Part shown: one piece after another, positions 35,014 through 45,517 of the stretch
How the letters are laid out: each line of letters starts with the position of its first letter
Numbering within the stretch: the first letter of the stretch is position 1
Notes under the pieces: model-generated
Databases searched by the model: none
Told to the model about the DNA's origin: nothing
The model's input: only the letters and a program-made list of their open reading frames with translations
Made by a program: the position numbers and the translations under genes
DNA from: a virus
Strand: one strand, 5' to 3'
IMG/VR virus record: IMGVR_UViG_3300037475_000071
Coordinates: 36,156-100,155 of that record
DNA: 64,000 nt

Positions 35014-37440
35014 TTATGCCGAATACAACCCAACGCAGTACACCTTGACATGAGTGCTGTCTGAAACGTTTCCATTGGTGTCTACGCCTTCTATATAAAT
35101 CTCGTGGGTTGCTTTAGTGCTCAGTGGTACATACTTGTCTATCGCGTACGTGCTTACATTTTCAGGAACATCGAACACGATCGCACCATCTACGAAAATC
35201 CGCACATGGGCGAATGTTGCCGTGGTTCCGGTAACAAGCGTGCCTTGAATACGTATAGGAGAGTAAACGTACGCTCCATCAAACAGCGACAAAACAGAGC
35301 CGCCAAAGAAGTCTCCGCCGCCGTAGCCATCAGTCCCATAACCAACAGTTCCGTAGCCGGTCTGACCTCCTGTGACTGTAACCAAGCCTGCCGTCATAGC
35401 CTGAAGGCCAGTGGTATCGGAAACCGCCAAACTAACGGTAAATTGTCCTGCCGTTCCAAAGATATGACTGCTCGTCCAAGGCGGAGACAACGCTACTGGC
35501 GAACTTCCATCTCCCCACGTTAACTGCTGGGAAGATATAGTACCGTTGGAAGAACTGCTCCCTGAAGCATCAGCAGATACCGTGAGCGGAGCAGTGCCGG
35601 ATGTAGGCGTGAGCACAAGAGAGGCTACGGGAGGATTTGAAATCAACGCATATTTCTGGGCCGTTGATATGGAGTTCTTCATCGACGACTTAGCAACCAT
35701 TTGTACGTACAGGTAGTACGTTCCCGAGCCCAAATTGTAATTTGCCAAATTGAGGCTACTTGAACCAGCCGCGATGTTGTCTTGCAGCACAGCCAGATTA
35801 TTCTGGTCTGTGCTGATATAAACGGTGAAATGGTCGATATTATTCGCAGACCCTGCGCCGGAGGTTGACCAGCTCAATACCGCCGAAGCCAGAGACGACG
35901 ATATGGTAAGGCAACTGTCGATTCCGGATTCAATCTCAGTACCCTCTTCGTAGTCGCTCCACGTCACAGGCTGCAAGTATGGAAGCTGATGGCCAGAACT
36001 GAAATACCCGCTCACACCCCACTCAGAGAAGGTGTCCAACCAGGTTTTACCGCACTGCTGTGCTATGAGCCTGCCGGAGCCCCAACTGGCTATAGAGTCG
36101 TTGAAACCTTTCCAAGAACCCGCCCAAGGAATAAGGGTCGCATGGTTTTTGGCGGCATTGACGAAGGCATCAATAACCAATAGCCCTTCGTCCGTAGAGA
36201 AAGAAGCACTCATGGAATGCGAATTACCTGCCCACTGATAGGCACCCGCCGTATCCGACTTAGTGAATCCGGGGCTGTTCTCGAAGATCAGTTCAATATG
36301 AGTGGCGTAAGTATTGGTGTGCGCGATTACCGCGTCCCACACTGTCTGCCAGCAAGTCTGCGAAGTCGTAGTACAGCCAGCGTTGAACTCAGGGGCCGTG
36401 CTGGTAATGAACGGTACCACTGGAATCTTGCTGGTCGCTGGGTTGATATACTGCGCTGCCCCACCGAAGTAGTGAGTATGAAGATAATCCAAATCGGCGT
36501 TGATTTCACCTGTCATACAGGCAGTCATGCTCGCGTAGCCCATCGTTGTCCAGCCGGGCGTACCACTAGAGCCGGGAGCGTTGTTCACGCCGCAGGTGTA
36601 CGAATAGGAGTGGTCTAACATCCACGTGTATTTCAACGGAGTGCCACTACGACCGTTCATGTCATTAACGAAGTTAGCCGCGTGTGAATCTTGATTGGCG
36701 AAGTTGGCAATCGTGTTGCCACGGCCATACCAGTCCAACAGCATACCGTCTATGTGCCGCCCGATTGCATCGGTATCGACGCGAGCAATGTCGTTAACGT
36801 CGTCGTAGTTATTTGCGTTCTCAACGTGGCTGCGGCAGGCAGTGAACGAAGTAGACACGACGTGCTTGCCGATGCCTCCAGCTTGGCACCACCACAGAAT
36901 TACGGTTGGAAATATCTTGGTGGTGTTCCCGCTGTACAGTAGATTGTGCATGTCCACGTGGCTGATGTTGGTAGCCGCGAGGTCGCCATTTGAGAAACCA
37001 GTGAAGAACGGAGACGCGCCGGAGTTGTTTCCCTGCTGCAAGGCCAACGTAGTAGTAGGATTGATGGTGAATGTTCCGCCCCCACCCGTACCGCCTGTAC
37101 AAGAAGAACTAACAGTGACCGGATTGACAGCCGTGCTATTACTAAACCCACCGGAGTCGAACGCTTTAACGATTAAGTTATACGTCCCCACCGCTAGCGT
37201 CAGATTTTGCGACAGCGTAGCGGAATTGGTAGTAGCGTTCCACAAAAGAGTGTTGCCGTTATTGATTTGCCATCCCGTAACTGTGGCACCTAACGTAGTA
37301 GTCGTTGCAGACGCATTGACAGTCAGCGGTGAGCACACTGTGCTGCTCGCAACTGGCGAGGATACCGTGACCGTCACTCCTGCGGATGCGACCATAGACG
37401 ATAGCAACAGAATCGCCAATGCGTAAAAACGTTTAAGCAT
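35014..37440 (-). CDS. signal-peptide glycoside hydrolase (GH99/GH71-like) with Ig-like and PKD domains
   Basis: Signal ...VASA; LLDWYG, WKGFND, VTWSDYEEGTEIE; PKD PTSGTAPLTV..DAS..S...WGDG...H; YGTVGYGTDGYG. Confidence 0.7.
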   Translation of the reverse strand: MLKRFYALAILLLSSMVASAGVTVTVSSPVASSTVCSPLTVNASATTTTLGATVTGWQINNGNTLLWNATTNSATLSQNLTLAVGTYNLIVKAFDSGGFSNSTAVNPVTVSSSCTGGTGGGGTFTINPTTTLALQQGNNSGASPFFTGFSNGDLAATNISHVDMHNLLYSGNTTKIFPTVILWWCQAGGIGKHVVSTSFTACRSHVENANNYDDVNDIARVDTDAIGRHIDGMLLDWYGRGNTIANFANQDSHAANFVNDMNGRSGTPLKYTWMLDHSYSYTCGVNNAPGSSGTPGWTTMGYASMTACMTGEINADLDYLHTHYFGGAAQYINPATSKIPVVPFITSTAPEFNAGCTTTSQTCWQTVWDAVIAHTNTYATHIELIFENSPGFTKSDTAGAYQWAGNSHSMSASFSTDEGLLVIDAFVNAAKNHATLIPWAGSWKGFNDSIASWGSGRLIAQQCGKTWLDTFSEWGVSGYFSSGHQLPYLQPVTWSDYEEGTEIESGIDSCLTISSSLASAVLSWSTSGAGSANNIDHFTVYISTDQNNLAVLQDNIAAGSSSLNLANYNLGSGTYYLYVQMVAKSSMKNSISTAQKYALISNPPVASLVLTPTSGTAPLTVSADASGSSSSNGTISSQQLTWGDGSSPVALSPPWTSSHIFGTAGQFTVSLAVSDTTGLQAMTAGLVTVTGGQTGYGTVGYGTDGYGGGDFFGGSVLSLFDGAYVYSPIRIQGTLVTGTTATFAHVRIFVDGAIVFDVPENVSTYAIDKYVPLSTKATHEIYIEGVDTNGNVSDSTHVKVYCVGLYSA

Positions 37441-37462
37441 TTGATACTCCGAAAGGTTTTAA

Positions 37463-37807
37463 TTACAGTACGGTCGGGCGGAAGGATGGCCGACTCTTAC
37501 CGACCTTCAACATGAAGGTGAAAACAGGTTCGCGCTCTACATGGCCGTAGCGACGCTTCATAATGTCTAAGTGCTGCTGGGTTAACCCGTGTTCCAGATG
37601 CAGTGATGGGCCATTGGTCAGTAAATGGGGATAAGCCAACACACCCGGCGTATTTTCCGACCATTTTAATTCGTGTACTTCGTGGGCAAACCTAGCCACA
37701 AGCAACACATGGTCTAGGTCGTCTTCCAGATGCTCAGCGTGCCAATCGGCAAAATTCTGGGCGAACGAATGCACAAGTTTTTTAGGAGCTAAGTAATATA
37801 GTTTCAT
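37463..37807 (-). CDS. hypothetical His-rich protein
   Basis: 114 aa ORF in late operon. Confidence 0.65.
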   Translation of the reverse strand: MKLYYLAPKKLVHSFAQNFADWHAEHLEDDLDHVLLVARFAHEVHELKWSENTPGVLAYPHLLTNGPSLHLEHGLTQQHLDIMKRRYGHVEREPVFTFMLKVGKSRPSFRPTVL

Positions 37808-37808
37808 A

Positions 37809-39413
37809 TCAGCACGGTAGAATAACGTTGTGGGCCAAGATTAGCGGTGCCTTCTCCCCGGCCCAAAACTCGTGCTCTGGCTCGCAGGTGATTTTAGCTT
37901 TGTAATCCGCAATGGGATTGCCCTCACTGTTACACGCAATAGCTAATGAAGTTATTTGGTCTAGTTTGTTTACCGCGTGCTGCACAAACAAACAGTCCGA
38001 TAAAGTTAAGTCGGCGCATTGTTTTGTACCTTCACCTTGGGAAGAAGGCACTGTGAATGGGTGTGTTGGAGTTGCTTGGATATACCCTGACTCGCGCAGC
38101 CCTATACGAACAAATCCGTTCGTCCACCATATAAGGTCTAGCGCAATTATTTGCGTCCAGTCCGTACGCCCCATAATCCATTCACCGACTTTACAAGACC
38201 CTAACTGAACGATGCCGCGCTCCAAGGAGCGTACATACATCGTATAACGCAAACAATTACCTAAGCCACCGCCCCCACCCCCACCACCCCCAGAACCAGT
38301 GGAAGAAGGTGCAGGGGTAGATATAGTTATGCTTCCGTTAGTCAAAGGAATATGCGATTTAAGCCCTTGCTCCTGAGCGGCAGGGTAATTTGGGGCAGGA
38401 TAAGCAAACGGGCCTATAGGCAATCCGCTGCCTAGCCCTGTACCCCCAGCCGTTGAGAACCACACATTTTGTAGAACCTCTTGAAAATACGGGTAAAAAT
38501 AGTAAGGCTTAGATGCAACAAGAGAAAAGCATTGAATATAAGCAGGTACAACCGCCGTAGTTGTCCCGTCGTTGCGGTAAATTGTGAGTGGCGTAGAACC
38601 AGCATCACCGTTCCAGTGAAAAGTAATAGTCGCTACCCCATTAGCGTCCGTACTAGCGGAGTATGTCATGTTCCCCGGATTTTGCCACATAGGGCCAATT
38701 GAGCCCTTTTGCAACACCCCCTGCTGCATCAAGTCCACGTTGCCGCTTGTTATAGCGGTACCGAGAACTTTGCTATACGTAGGCCCATCAGCTACGTTGT
38801 CAAGCGTTCCTCCCGTCATCGGGCCGCCCGTTAGGAGAAGCCACGACGATGCTTGCTGAGCCCCGTTGACAGTGCGTACATACACCCACACTTGCTGCCC
38901 TGAAGCAGTCGGAACCGTCACCCAGATATTGTTGTTGGAGTCAGCTTGCCCCTTCCACATCGGGATCGAAGAATCACTTGGTGCCGAACCATCATACGTC
39001 CAGCTTACCTCGTAGTGGTCATTGTCCAGCCCAACGTTTGTGGGCTGTAGAGGCAGTATTATTCCCGCCGCCGTAAACCCAATAATCAACCCCGGAGTAA
39101 ACTGCCAAGTGTTGGTAGGAGGGGAATCCGTCCCAGCGATTTCAGCAAAAGGCGTAGACCAATCTATCTGCCCCGTGATGGGTGTTACCGCTCCAGCACG
39201 AAGGTAATATGTATTTCCGAGAACCAACCCACCGAACACAATCAAATCGTGCTGCACACTGTACGCTGTGCCGTCCCACACCGCAGAAGAGGTACCGCGG
39301 CTGACCAAAGTAGTCAGGGCTTGATCGGCGTAGCATTCAACCACGAAGTGGTCTAACCACTTGGTAGCCACTTGTAATCCCGCAACAATGATGCTCGCTA
39401 CCTTAGTTGACAT
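37809..39413 (-). CDS. tail protein with C-terminal Hint domain
   Basis: FN3-like segments, TLDNVADGPTY, Gly linker, then CLRY...TPTHPF...AHN. Confidence 0.8.
   Translation of the reverse strand: MSTKVASIIVAGLQVATKWLDHFVVECYADQALTTLVSRGTSSAVWDGTAYSVQHDLIVFGGLVLGNTYYLRAGAVTPITGQIDWSTPFAEIAGTDSPPTNTWQFTPGLIIGFTAAGIILPLQPTNVGLDNDHYEVSWTYDGSAPSDSSIPMWKGQADSNNNIWVTVPTASGQQVWVYVRTVNGAQQASSWLLLTGGPMTGGTLDNVADGPTYSKVLGTAITSGNVDLMQQGVLQKGSIGPMWQNPGNMTYSASTDANGVATITFHWNGDAGSTPLTIYRNDGTTTAVVPAYIQCFSLVASKPYYFYPYFQEVLQNVWFSTAGGTGLGSGLPIGPFAYPAPNYPAAQEQGLKSHIPLTNGSITISTPAPSSTGSGGGGGGGGGLGNCLRYTMYVRSLERGIVQLGSCKVGEWIMGRTDWTQIIALDLIWWTNGFVRIGLRESGYIQATPTHPFTVPSSQGEGTKQCADLTLSDCLFVQHAVNKLDQITSLAIACNSEGNPIADYKAKITCEPEHEFWAGEKAPLILAHNVILPC
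37827..38255 (-). other. Hint (intein-like) autoprocessing domain, 143 aa
   Basis: Cys1 after GGGGGGGGLGN, block B TxxH, terminal HN followed by Val. Confidence 0.8.
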
Positions 39414-39419
39414 GAAACC

Positions 39420-40379
39420 TCACCCGTATCGGCCATTGTTGCTGGCGTAATTTTTCCAACTCTCGGCTATAATCTCTGACGAGAACTGAGCAAAGAAAGA
39501 CCCTGTTGGTATGGTCGGGTCGGTTTTACCATTGAGCGGAGCCGGAACATCCTGACACTCATTGGCCCCGAACTCTAGCAGACTCGGAGCTTCGAACTGA
39601 TGACTTGTTTGGCCAGATAGACCAGAACCAATGTCGTCAATCGCTGTCACCCTGATGTACCGAGTTGGAAAGAAATCAGAATCATCCAGCACGTAGAAGT
39701 TGTCCGGCGTGTTAACGGAGCGAATGATGTTCGCCATGTTTGCACTGGTGGCGTCGATTTCCACCAAGTACATAGAGGAGTTAACTCCCGTCCAGGTCAG
39801 CTTCTTGGTGCTATCATCCACAGCCAAGTTTGAAATCTGAGGCGTCGGGATAACAGTTGCGTTAGTGGTCGTGTCCCACGCCGTGCTGAACTCACCTAGC
39901 AAGTTATAGGTGTACACGAAGTACGCTGGGTTCCTTGCGGAATTTCCGTTGTTCGTGAACTGGTACTGGCCTGCAATGATGTCCGTCGATTGCCCGTCAA
40001 TGATGTCCTGATGCAGTAGCACTGTCTTATTGTCAGCAGCCCTAATTTCGTAGCCCCACACATTGTCCTGCACAGCAGGCAGCGTGACCGTAATCACTGG
40101 CGCGGTGATGGTAGTGGTGTCCACGGTCGCTGTGGGAGCATTGGGAATTAGAGGCAGCGCAATGTGGAGTCCAGCGGCGTAGCGGGACAACGCTCCGTAA
40201 GGAACACTGGCTGTCTTCGCATACAGAGTTTCTGTCAGTGTGCCCACCTCCAGGGAGGCTCGCGTTATTTTTACCCCGATGTTCAAAGACAGGTCATAGT
40301 TTTCAAGAAGTATGAAACTAGACCCGTCTTCTTCAACGAGGAAATCTACGCCGTTTTCCAACAGAAATGCGGTATCCAT
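39420..40379 (-). CDS. tail protein (FN3-like) with N-terminal acidic-hydrophobic LLE.G motif
   Basis: FLLENGVDFLVEEDGSSFILLEN; GYEIR, Y.VY.YN..G..S. Confidence 0.7.
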   Translation of the reverse strand: MDTAFLLENGVDFLVEEDGSSFILLENYDLSLNIGVKITRASLEVGTLTETLYAKTASVPYGALSRYAAGLHIALPLIPNAPTATVDTTTITAPVITVTLPAVQDNVWGYEIRAADNKTVLLHQDIIDGQSTDIIAGQYQFTNNGNSARNPAYFVYTYNLLGEFSTAWDTTTNATVIPTPQISNLAVDDSTKKLTWTGVNSSMYLVEIDATSANMANIIRSVNTPDNFYVLDDSDFFPTRYIRVTAIDDIGSGLSGQTSHQFEAPSLLEFGANECQDVPAPLNGKTDPTIPTGSFFAQFSSEIIAESWKNYASNNGRYG

Positions 40380-40398
40380 GTATGCCCCTTAACTGTGG

Positions 40399-42519
40399 TT
40401 ACTGCATTTTGTATTGCACAATTACATTGAGGTTAGTTGGAGGGGTGCCCCCAACAGATGCGGTATTTAATCTTATAAGCAGAGTTGCCCCAGCAGCAAT
40501 GTTGAGTGAAATTGCTCCGGAATCAAAGTTACCGGTGGAGTTGGCAATAGTTGTGTCTTGGTTATTTGTACCGTCTCCTACTCTCACGATTGCCGCGGTA
40601 GTCTGCCCAGTTGCACTAGACCCTGCTACAATTTGCACACGAGTTATCGTGATAGCTTTGTCAAGAGTAGTATTAGCCCATGTTCCTACTCCAGTAGTTG
40701 ATGGAATAAATCCCGAAAGATACGAACGCGGGTTGGCACTCATAGCCGTATCTCCACCAACACTTAATGACTTAGGAACTTGTACGGCTGTTGTGCCCCC
40801 AAATGATACCGTTCCGGAACCATCGCTTTTACCTCCAATCACTAAAGCGTGAGTCCCATCACCGAATACATCAGGAAATGCAGTATTGCCGGCCGACCGT
40901 ACGAATGCCGCGTCATATAGTGTTACTGGGAGGTATGTATTCGTAGGCATACTCGTCACGGAGCCTGAGTCGAATACTGATACGTTTGGACTGGTAAAAC
41001 TACCTCCCGCAAAGCTTACCCCCACTGTGCTCTTTACCCTGTTGTTCCTAATGGACACCACTGCGGCCGACACAGCAGCGGTAGTTGAAAAAAGAATACC
41101 GGAATCAGAACCCCCACCACTAGTAATGAAATTATTGCTGATATGAATTTCATCAGTGTAAGTAGCGGTACCGGACGTTTCATTAAGTGCGTTTATATAG
41201 ATATTGCCAGATACCGACGTTGTGCAACTAAGATGATTTCCTCTTATGGAAATCTGCTTTCCCCATTGAATACCTATCAATGCGTTTGCAGATGAAATTG
41301 ACGCCATCAGAATTGAGTTATTGGCTATAATCAAACCAGTAACCACGTTGGTAGGAGGGGTCGCATCTGACGACACGTCTATGCAGTTCCATCCAGCTTG
41401 CTGCCCAAATATTACGTTGTTAGAGACTACAATATTCTGCGTTAACGCAAATGCAAGGGTGGTGGTATCCGCAGAAAACACCTGAATGGATACGTTTTTT
41501 GCACCATCAATTATATTTCCTATGATAACTGAATCAGAACCCCTCCCATACTCAATGGCAGCACCGCCAGCGGAAGTTTGCGTTCCTCCGTGATTACGGA
41601 TATAATTTCCTGCGCAGTAATAACCTCCGCCTGTAGCCATATAAATGCTATGCCGTTGGCAATCTTCAATGTGGTTATTTACTATCTTGGTGCCGGAAGG
41701 GCCACTAGCGTTCAGTGCCATACCATAGCCACTACCGGGAGCAGTTCCCGTAATACCGCTTATCCAGTTATTCTCAATAGTGTTATTAAACGACGGATCA
41801 GTGAAATCAGTGCCTATGTATATTCCCGCACCAAACATGTTAGACAACTTGCATCGTCTAATGGTTACATGAGTAATATGATCTTCCAGTTCTATTCCAA
41901 ACTGGTTTGCACTATTTGTGGTTAAAGAGTCTCCATTAATAGTTACGTCGTCAAGCAGTACATTGTTAATCGGGGTACCACTATTGTTAATAAAAATTCC
42001 GATACAGTTGATACCATTCATTTGCAGGCTTCCACCATTGATTACCACATTGCTGGACTTAACCTGAATTGCATGGAGACTGCTAAACGTGAAAGTAGCT
42101 GCGGAGGGGGCTGGCAAAAGCAGCACGCACGGCTTGGTGATAACAATGGCTGCTGAGAAAGACTGGCTGCCAACCAAACCTTTTGCGTTTATAACTCCTC
42201 CCGTGGAAGGCAAAGCAGCAAGAGCCGCATTAATCTTAGCGTCTGCTGTAGCTCCCGGAAAAGCGTCCGCAAATAGCGTGGTGTTGCAAGAATATAGCTC
42301 GGCTATCCAAGGTGCAGAAACACTGCCTAGGGATTGCGTGGTATTCCCGCTAGCAGGAAGAATATGGTGGGCACTAACACTCTGGTCTGCTCCGGGAGCT
42401 TTAAGAAGAAAATCCGAAACAGGCAACTTGACGTTACTTCCAGAACGCGCCGCTGGGATAGCGTCTGTAGGTTGCGCGGGTGACCCAGAAGGTAGTGTTG
42501 AAATCGTGGAATTACTCAT
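40399..42519 (-). CDS. tailspike with pectin-lyase-like beta-helix (no signal peptide)
   Basis: N-terminal ISTLPSG...DAIP anchor; ADAKINAALAAL; I.NN.I repeats. Confidence 0.82.
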   Translation of the reverse strand: MSNSTISTLPSGSPAQPTDAIPAARSGSNVKLPVSDFLLKAPGADQSVSAHHILPASGNTTQSLGSVSAPWIAELYSCNTTLFADAFPGATADAKINAALAALPSTGGVINAKGLVGSQSFSAAIVITKPCVLLLPAPSAATFTFSSLHAIQVKSSNVVINGGSLQMNGINCIGIFINNSGTPINNVLLDDVTINGDSLTTNSANQFGIELEDHITHVTIRRCKLSNMFGAGIYIGTDFTDPSFNNTIENNWISGITGTAPGSGYGMALNASGPSGTKIVNNHIEDCQRHSIYMATGGGYYCAGNYIRNHGGTQTSAGGAAIEYGRGSDSVIIGNIIDGAKNVSIQVFSADTTTLAFALTQNIVVSNNVIFGQQAGWNCIDVSSDATPPTNVVTGLIIANNSILMASISSANALIGIQWGKQISIRGNHLSCTTSVSGNIYINALNETSGTATYTDEIHISNNFITSGGGSDSGILFSTTAAVSAAVVSIRNNRVKSTVGVSFAGGSFTSPNVSVFDSGSVTSMPTNTYLPVTLYDAAFVRSAGNTAFPDVFGDGTHALVIGGKSDGSGTVSFGGTTAVQVPKSLSVGGDTAMSANPRSYLSGFIPSTTGVGTWANTTLDKAITITRVQIVAGSSATGQTTAAIVRVGDGTNNQDTTIANSTGNFDSGAISLNIAAGATLLIRLNTASVGGTPPTNLNVIVQYKMQ

Positions 42520-42535
42520 TACGGGTTATCCTCAA

Positions 42536-45517
42536 TTAGGTGCCTGAAATAAATACAGCGTAATCTGAGCCATTAACCGTGCTCGCGGCTGTGTAAGAAA
42601 CCGATACACGTTGCCAGTCCGTTGTCAGCACCACGCTTTGGCTAGCGTACACAGTGTTCGTTGACGAACTGCGTATGCCCACCACTACGGTCTTACCTAT
42701 GTCGGTGAGTGTATCCGCCTTGACATCCACGGAGTAGGTCAACAGCGTACCCACGACTTCCGGAACCGCTGTCGTCTGGAAACACTTGCCTGACGGCACT
42801 ATCGTCACCTTACTGATTAGCGACTTGGTTCCGTCGGGGTTTATATCCATCTTGTTGACTGTCGGCGTTATGCCTCCAGTAAGCAGTTGCCACGCGGAAG
42901 CAGTGAAGTCTTCCGAAAACAGCACTTGGTTTCTACCATCCTGCGCTTTGACCCACACGGCTTGGCCGCGTAATGTGCGAGGAACTTGGAAGGCTCTACC
43001 AAGCGAGCGCATCACAAGGTTCTTAGCGTCGTCACATCCCCATGACTCGTTGGTGTAGCGGATTTCAAATCCACCACCACCGGGCGGGTCTTGGTTGGTG
43101 GTAAGGTAGTAGTTGCCACTGTCCCACGAGAGCAACGAAGGCCCGATTACGTCATCTGCAAACGTAGTGCCTACGGTACTGATGCTGATTGCATTAGGAA
43201 TTTCGGCATCGTCTTGCGGCTGCCACGGAGTATTAGGCTTGGTGAACTTAGCGAGGAACTTCTGTTCCATGCTCTGCCGGCCAAACGTAATCTGTAGGTC
43301 AAACACTTCCTTGGGGATCAAGGAACTAAACGTAGTTGCCACCTGTGTAATAGACTCGGCTGTGAGCGTTGGCGGAAACTGCGTAGGCATGTTCTGAAAC
43401 TTCAGAACCGTACCCGACAGAATTTCCCCAGTAGCCTCGAACAGATTAGTCAGGGAATATGTCCCGTCCCAGTGCTGTCTGCCTTGGTCTCCCACTATTG
43501 CTTGGGCGGCCACCTCGCACTCGCCAGATGTTCTCGGCAAAGGCGACAGGTTGGAAGTCACTGCCGAACGCAGGCCGTTATCCCCCCACGCCGCCGACTC
43601 CGTAGCAACAGAGCCCTTATCCTGAACACGTCCAATAGACGCTCCGGCTCGTCGGTAGGTAAACCAAATAAGGTCACCCACATTCGGCATAGTCTGCGTT
43701 TGATTCACCGTGTCAACGAAAAACTCCAGAGCAGCGTTGCCGGGGTTGTACTGAATTCTGCCCAGCAGAGACGACCGCGTAGTAGCGCCTTGGTTAGAAT
43801 CCACCACAGTGGCTACAGGAGTGTTGCCGTCATAAGAATCAATCTCATTAGGCCCAATCAGCTTGGTACTAAACACCGTGCTGCCCTTTGGCCTAACCTT
43901 CAAGCCAGCGTGCAGCGGGGTTGATATGGTCAGCCCTGTAAAGCTACAATGCAGATCATTCAAAACCACAGGGATGTAAAAAGCGAAACCCAAATCTGCA
44001 CTTATAGGCACAGTGTTGGTGCATTCCATGAATGCTGTCGAACCGTTAGCCTGTGTAATAACCGTGCCCGTCTCTGGGTCGATGGCTATAATCTTTGTCT
44101 CTGCCGTCATCGTGTCGGGCAGCATTGGCTGGCCAACAGTTTGCACGGCACCGTTCGCGTCAAGGTACGAATAGTTCTGGGTAAAACGCTTGCTGCGTTG
44201 GAATGTATAATTGGTACGAACCACGTAGCGAAGATTGTAGTTACCCAGCAACACGCCTTGAGTGGTGTCCACAAGCCCGTTAACAATCGGGTTAACCAGC
44301 ATGGCCGCTACGCCATTTTGTATAGTCGTAGTCTTAGTGAGCTTCAGTCCGTAAAGAACTTTGGCCAGAGTATTCGTCGGCTCCCCAGTCCAAAGACCAC
44401 AAATCACTCCGTCTGAGGATTGAACAAAGTCATACTCCCCGTGGGTGATTCGCATACTGCCTTCCAGCGGAAACTGGAACTGGGTCTGCATCCACACGTC
44501 GTACTGGCCGTTGTTGTTGCCCCCAAGGGCATTACAAAATCCGTTGGAGACCTGGATGAACTGAGTGGGAGTGTCGAACACATCCCACTTCTGCTGGGTG
44601 TCTATCGAAGAGCCAGAGAAGGTCTCGTCGAATAGTAAATTTGTATCAGCTCCGTAGCACGAAGCAATAAGCGGGAATTTACCGTTCCAGCCATCGCCAA
44701 CGAAATATTCGCTCATGTAGTCCTGCGGCTCAATGTCACCGAGAACAACAGCGTCGTTTACGATAGGGTCGTTGCTAGGAGTAAGGCTAAGGTTCGCAGG
44801 CGTAAAATCCACAACTTCGCCGTCGATGATGAGCGGAGCGATGCGGCTGTCGATTGGCTCGAAATACAGCTTGCCCTGCCGTGCCGCAAAACGGTAATTG
44901 GCCGCCTTGCAAAAAGCGTCAACCACGTCCTTCCACTTTTGCGTGGGGTCAACGATGTACCGCGCCATCATCAGGCCGTCCTGAATGTTGGAAACATCGA
45001 AGTTCCACTCAGGTGCCATCACCCCAGCCAAGGTCTTGAGTATCTGGCCTTGGGTAATGTTCATGAACGGAGACAGCAGAGGCAGCGGGTTGAGATTGAG
45101 AAGATAATCTTCCCCAGATGCCTCGTACACATAACCGAAGACAGGCTGGCCGCTTCTCGAACCTAAATAAGTAAGGTTTGGATCGCTGGTAATGAAACCC
45201 GTGAACCAAGGGCCGTATGAAGCTGTATCTAGCTGAATGTACGCCCCGCGCTGTAGCTTTACGAACGCAGAGTCTGCGGGGAATACTGAGAAATCCAACA
45301 CATCGGGTGTATTGAGTACGTCCTTCTTTATCGGCGCATTAAAAAGATAAGGCAAATAATCATAGCTAGAACCGGCCAAGGTGCTCCACAACCTAGCAAC
45401 CATCGGCGATACAGCAGGCTGGGTATTAGGCCATGCAGTATTGGGCCAGAACATGCCTCCCGCCGCTCTAGGGGCAGGAGACGGAGTAGGAGAAACATCT
45501 TGCCCTAAAATACTCAT
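42536..45517 (-). CDS. large tail tip/hub protein
   Basis: 993 aa downstream of tape measure; FVGDG, D..S...ES..WG.G; C-terminal partial beta-sandwich. Confidence 0.7.
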   Translation of the reverse strand: MSILGQDVSPTPSPAPRAAGGMFWPNTAWPNTQPAVSPMVARLWSTLAGSSYDYLPYLFNAPIKKDVLNTPDVLDFSVFPADSAFVKLQRGAYIQLDTASYGPWFTGFITSDPNLTYLGSRSGQPVFGYVYEASGEDYLLNLNPLPLLSPFMNITQGQILKTLAGVMAPEWNFDVSNIQDGLMMARYIVDPTQKWKDVVDAFCKAANYRFAARQGKLYFEPIDSRIAPLIIDGEVVDFTPANLSLTPSNDPIVNDAVVLGDIEPQDYMSEYFVGDGWNGKFPLIASCYGADTNLLFDETFSGSSIDTQQKWDVFDTPTQFIQVSNGFCNALGGNNNGQYDVWMQTQFQFPLEGSMRITHGEYDFVQSSDGVICGLWTGEPTNTLAKVLYGLKLTKTTTIQNGVAAMLVNPIVNGLVDTTQGVLLGNYNLRYVVRTNYTFQRSKRFTQNYSYLDANGAVQTVGQPMLPDTMTAETKIIAIDPETGTVITQANGSTAFMECTNTVPISADLGFAFYIPVVLNDLHCSFTGLTISTPLHAGLKVRPKGSTVFSTKLIGPNEIDSYDGNTPVATVVDSNQGATTRSSLLGRIQYNPGNAALEFFVDTVNQTQTMPNVGDLIWFTYRRAGASIGRVQDKGSVATESAAWGDNGLRSAVTSNLSPLPRTSGECEVAAQAIVGDQGRQHWDGTYSLTNLFEATGEILSGTVLKFQNMPTQFPPTLTAESITQVATTFSSLIPKEVFDLQITFGRQSMEQKFLAKFTKPNTPWQPQDDAEIPNAISISTVGTTFADDVIGPSLLSWDSGNYYLTTNQDPPGGGGFEIRYTNESWGCDDAKNLVMRSLGRAFQVPRTLRGQAVWVKAQDGRNQVLFSEDFTASAWQLLTGGITPTVNKMDINPDGTKSLISKVTIVPSGKCFQTTAVPEVVGTLLTYSVDVKADTLTDIGKTVVVGIRSSSTNTVYASQSVVLTTDWQRVSVSYTAASTVNGSDYAVFISGT

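Noticed and set aside
37827-38255. Hint domain as a true mobile intein
   Set aside because: No nucleophilic +1 residue, no endonuclease and only a 5-residue C-extein
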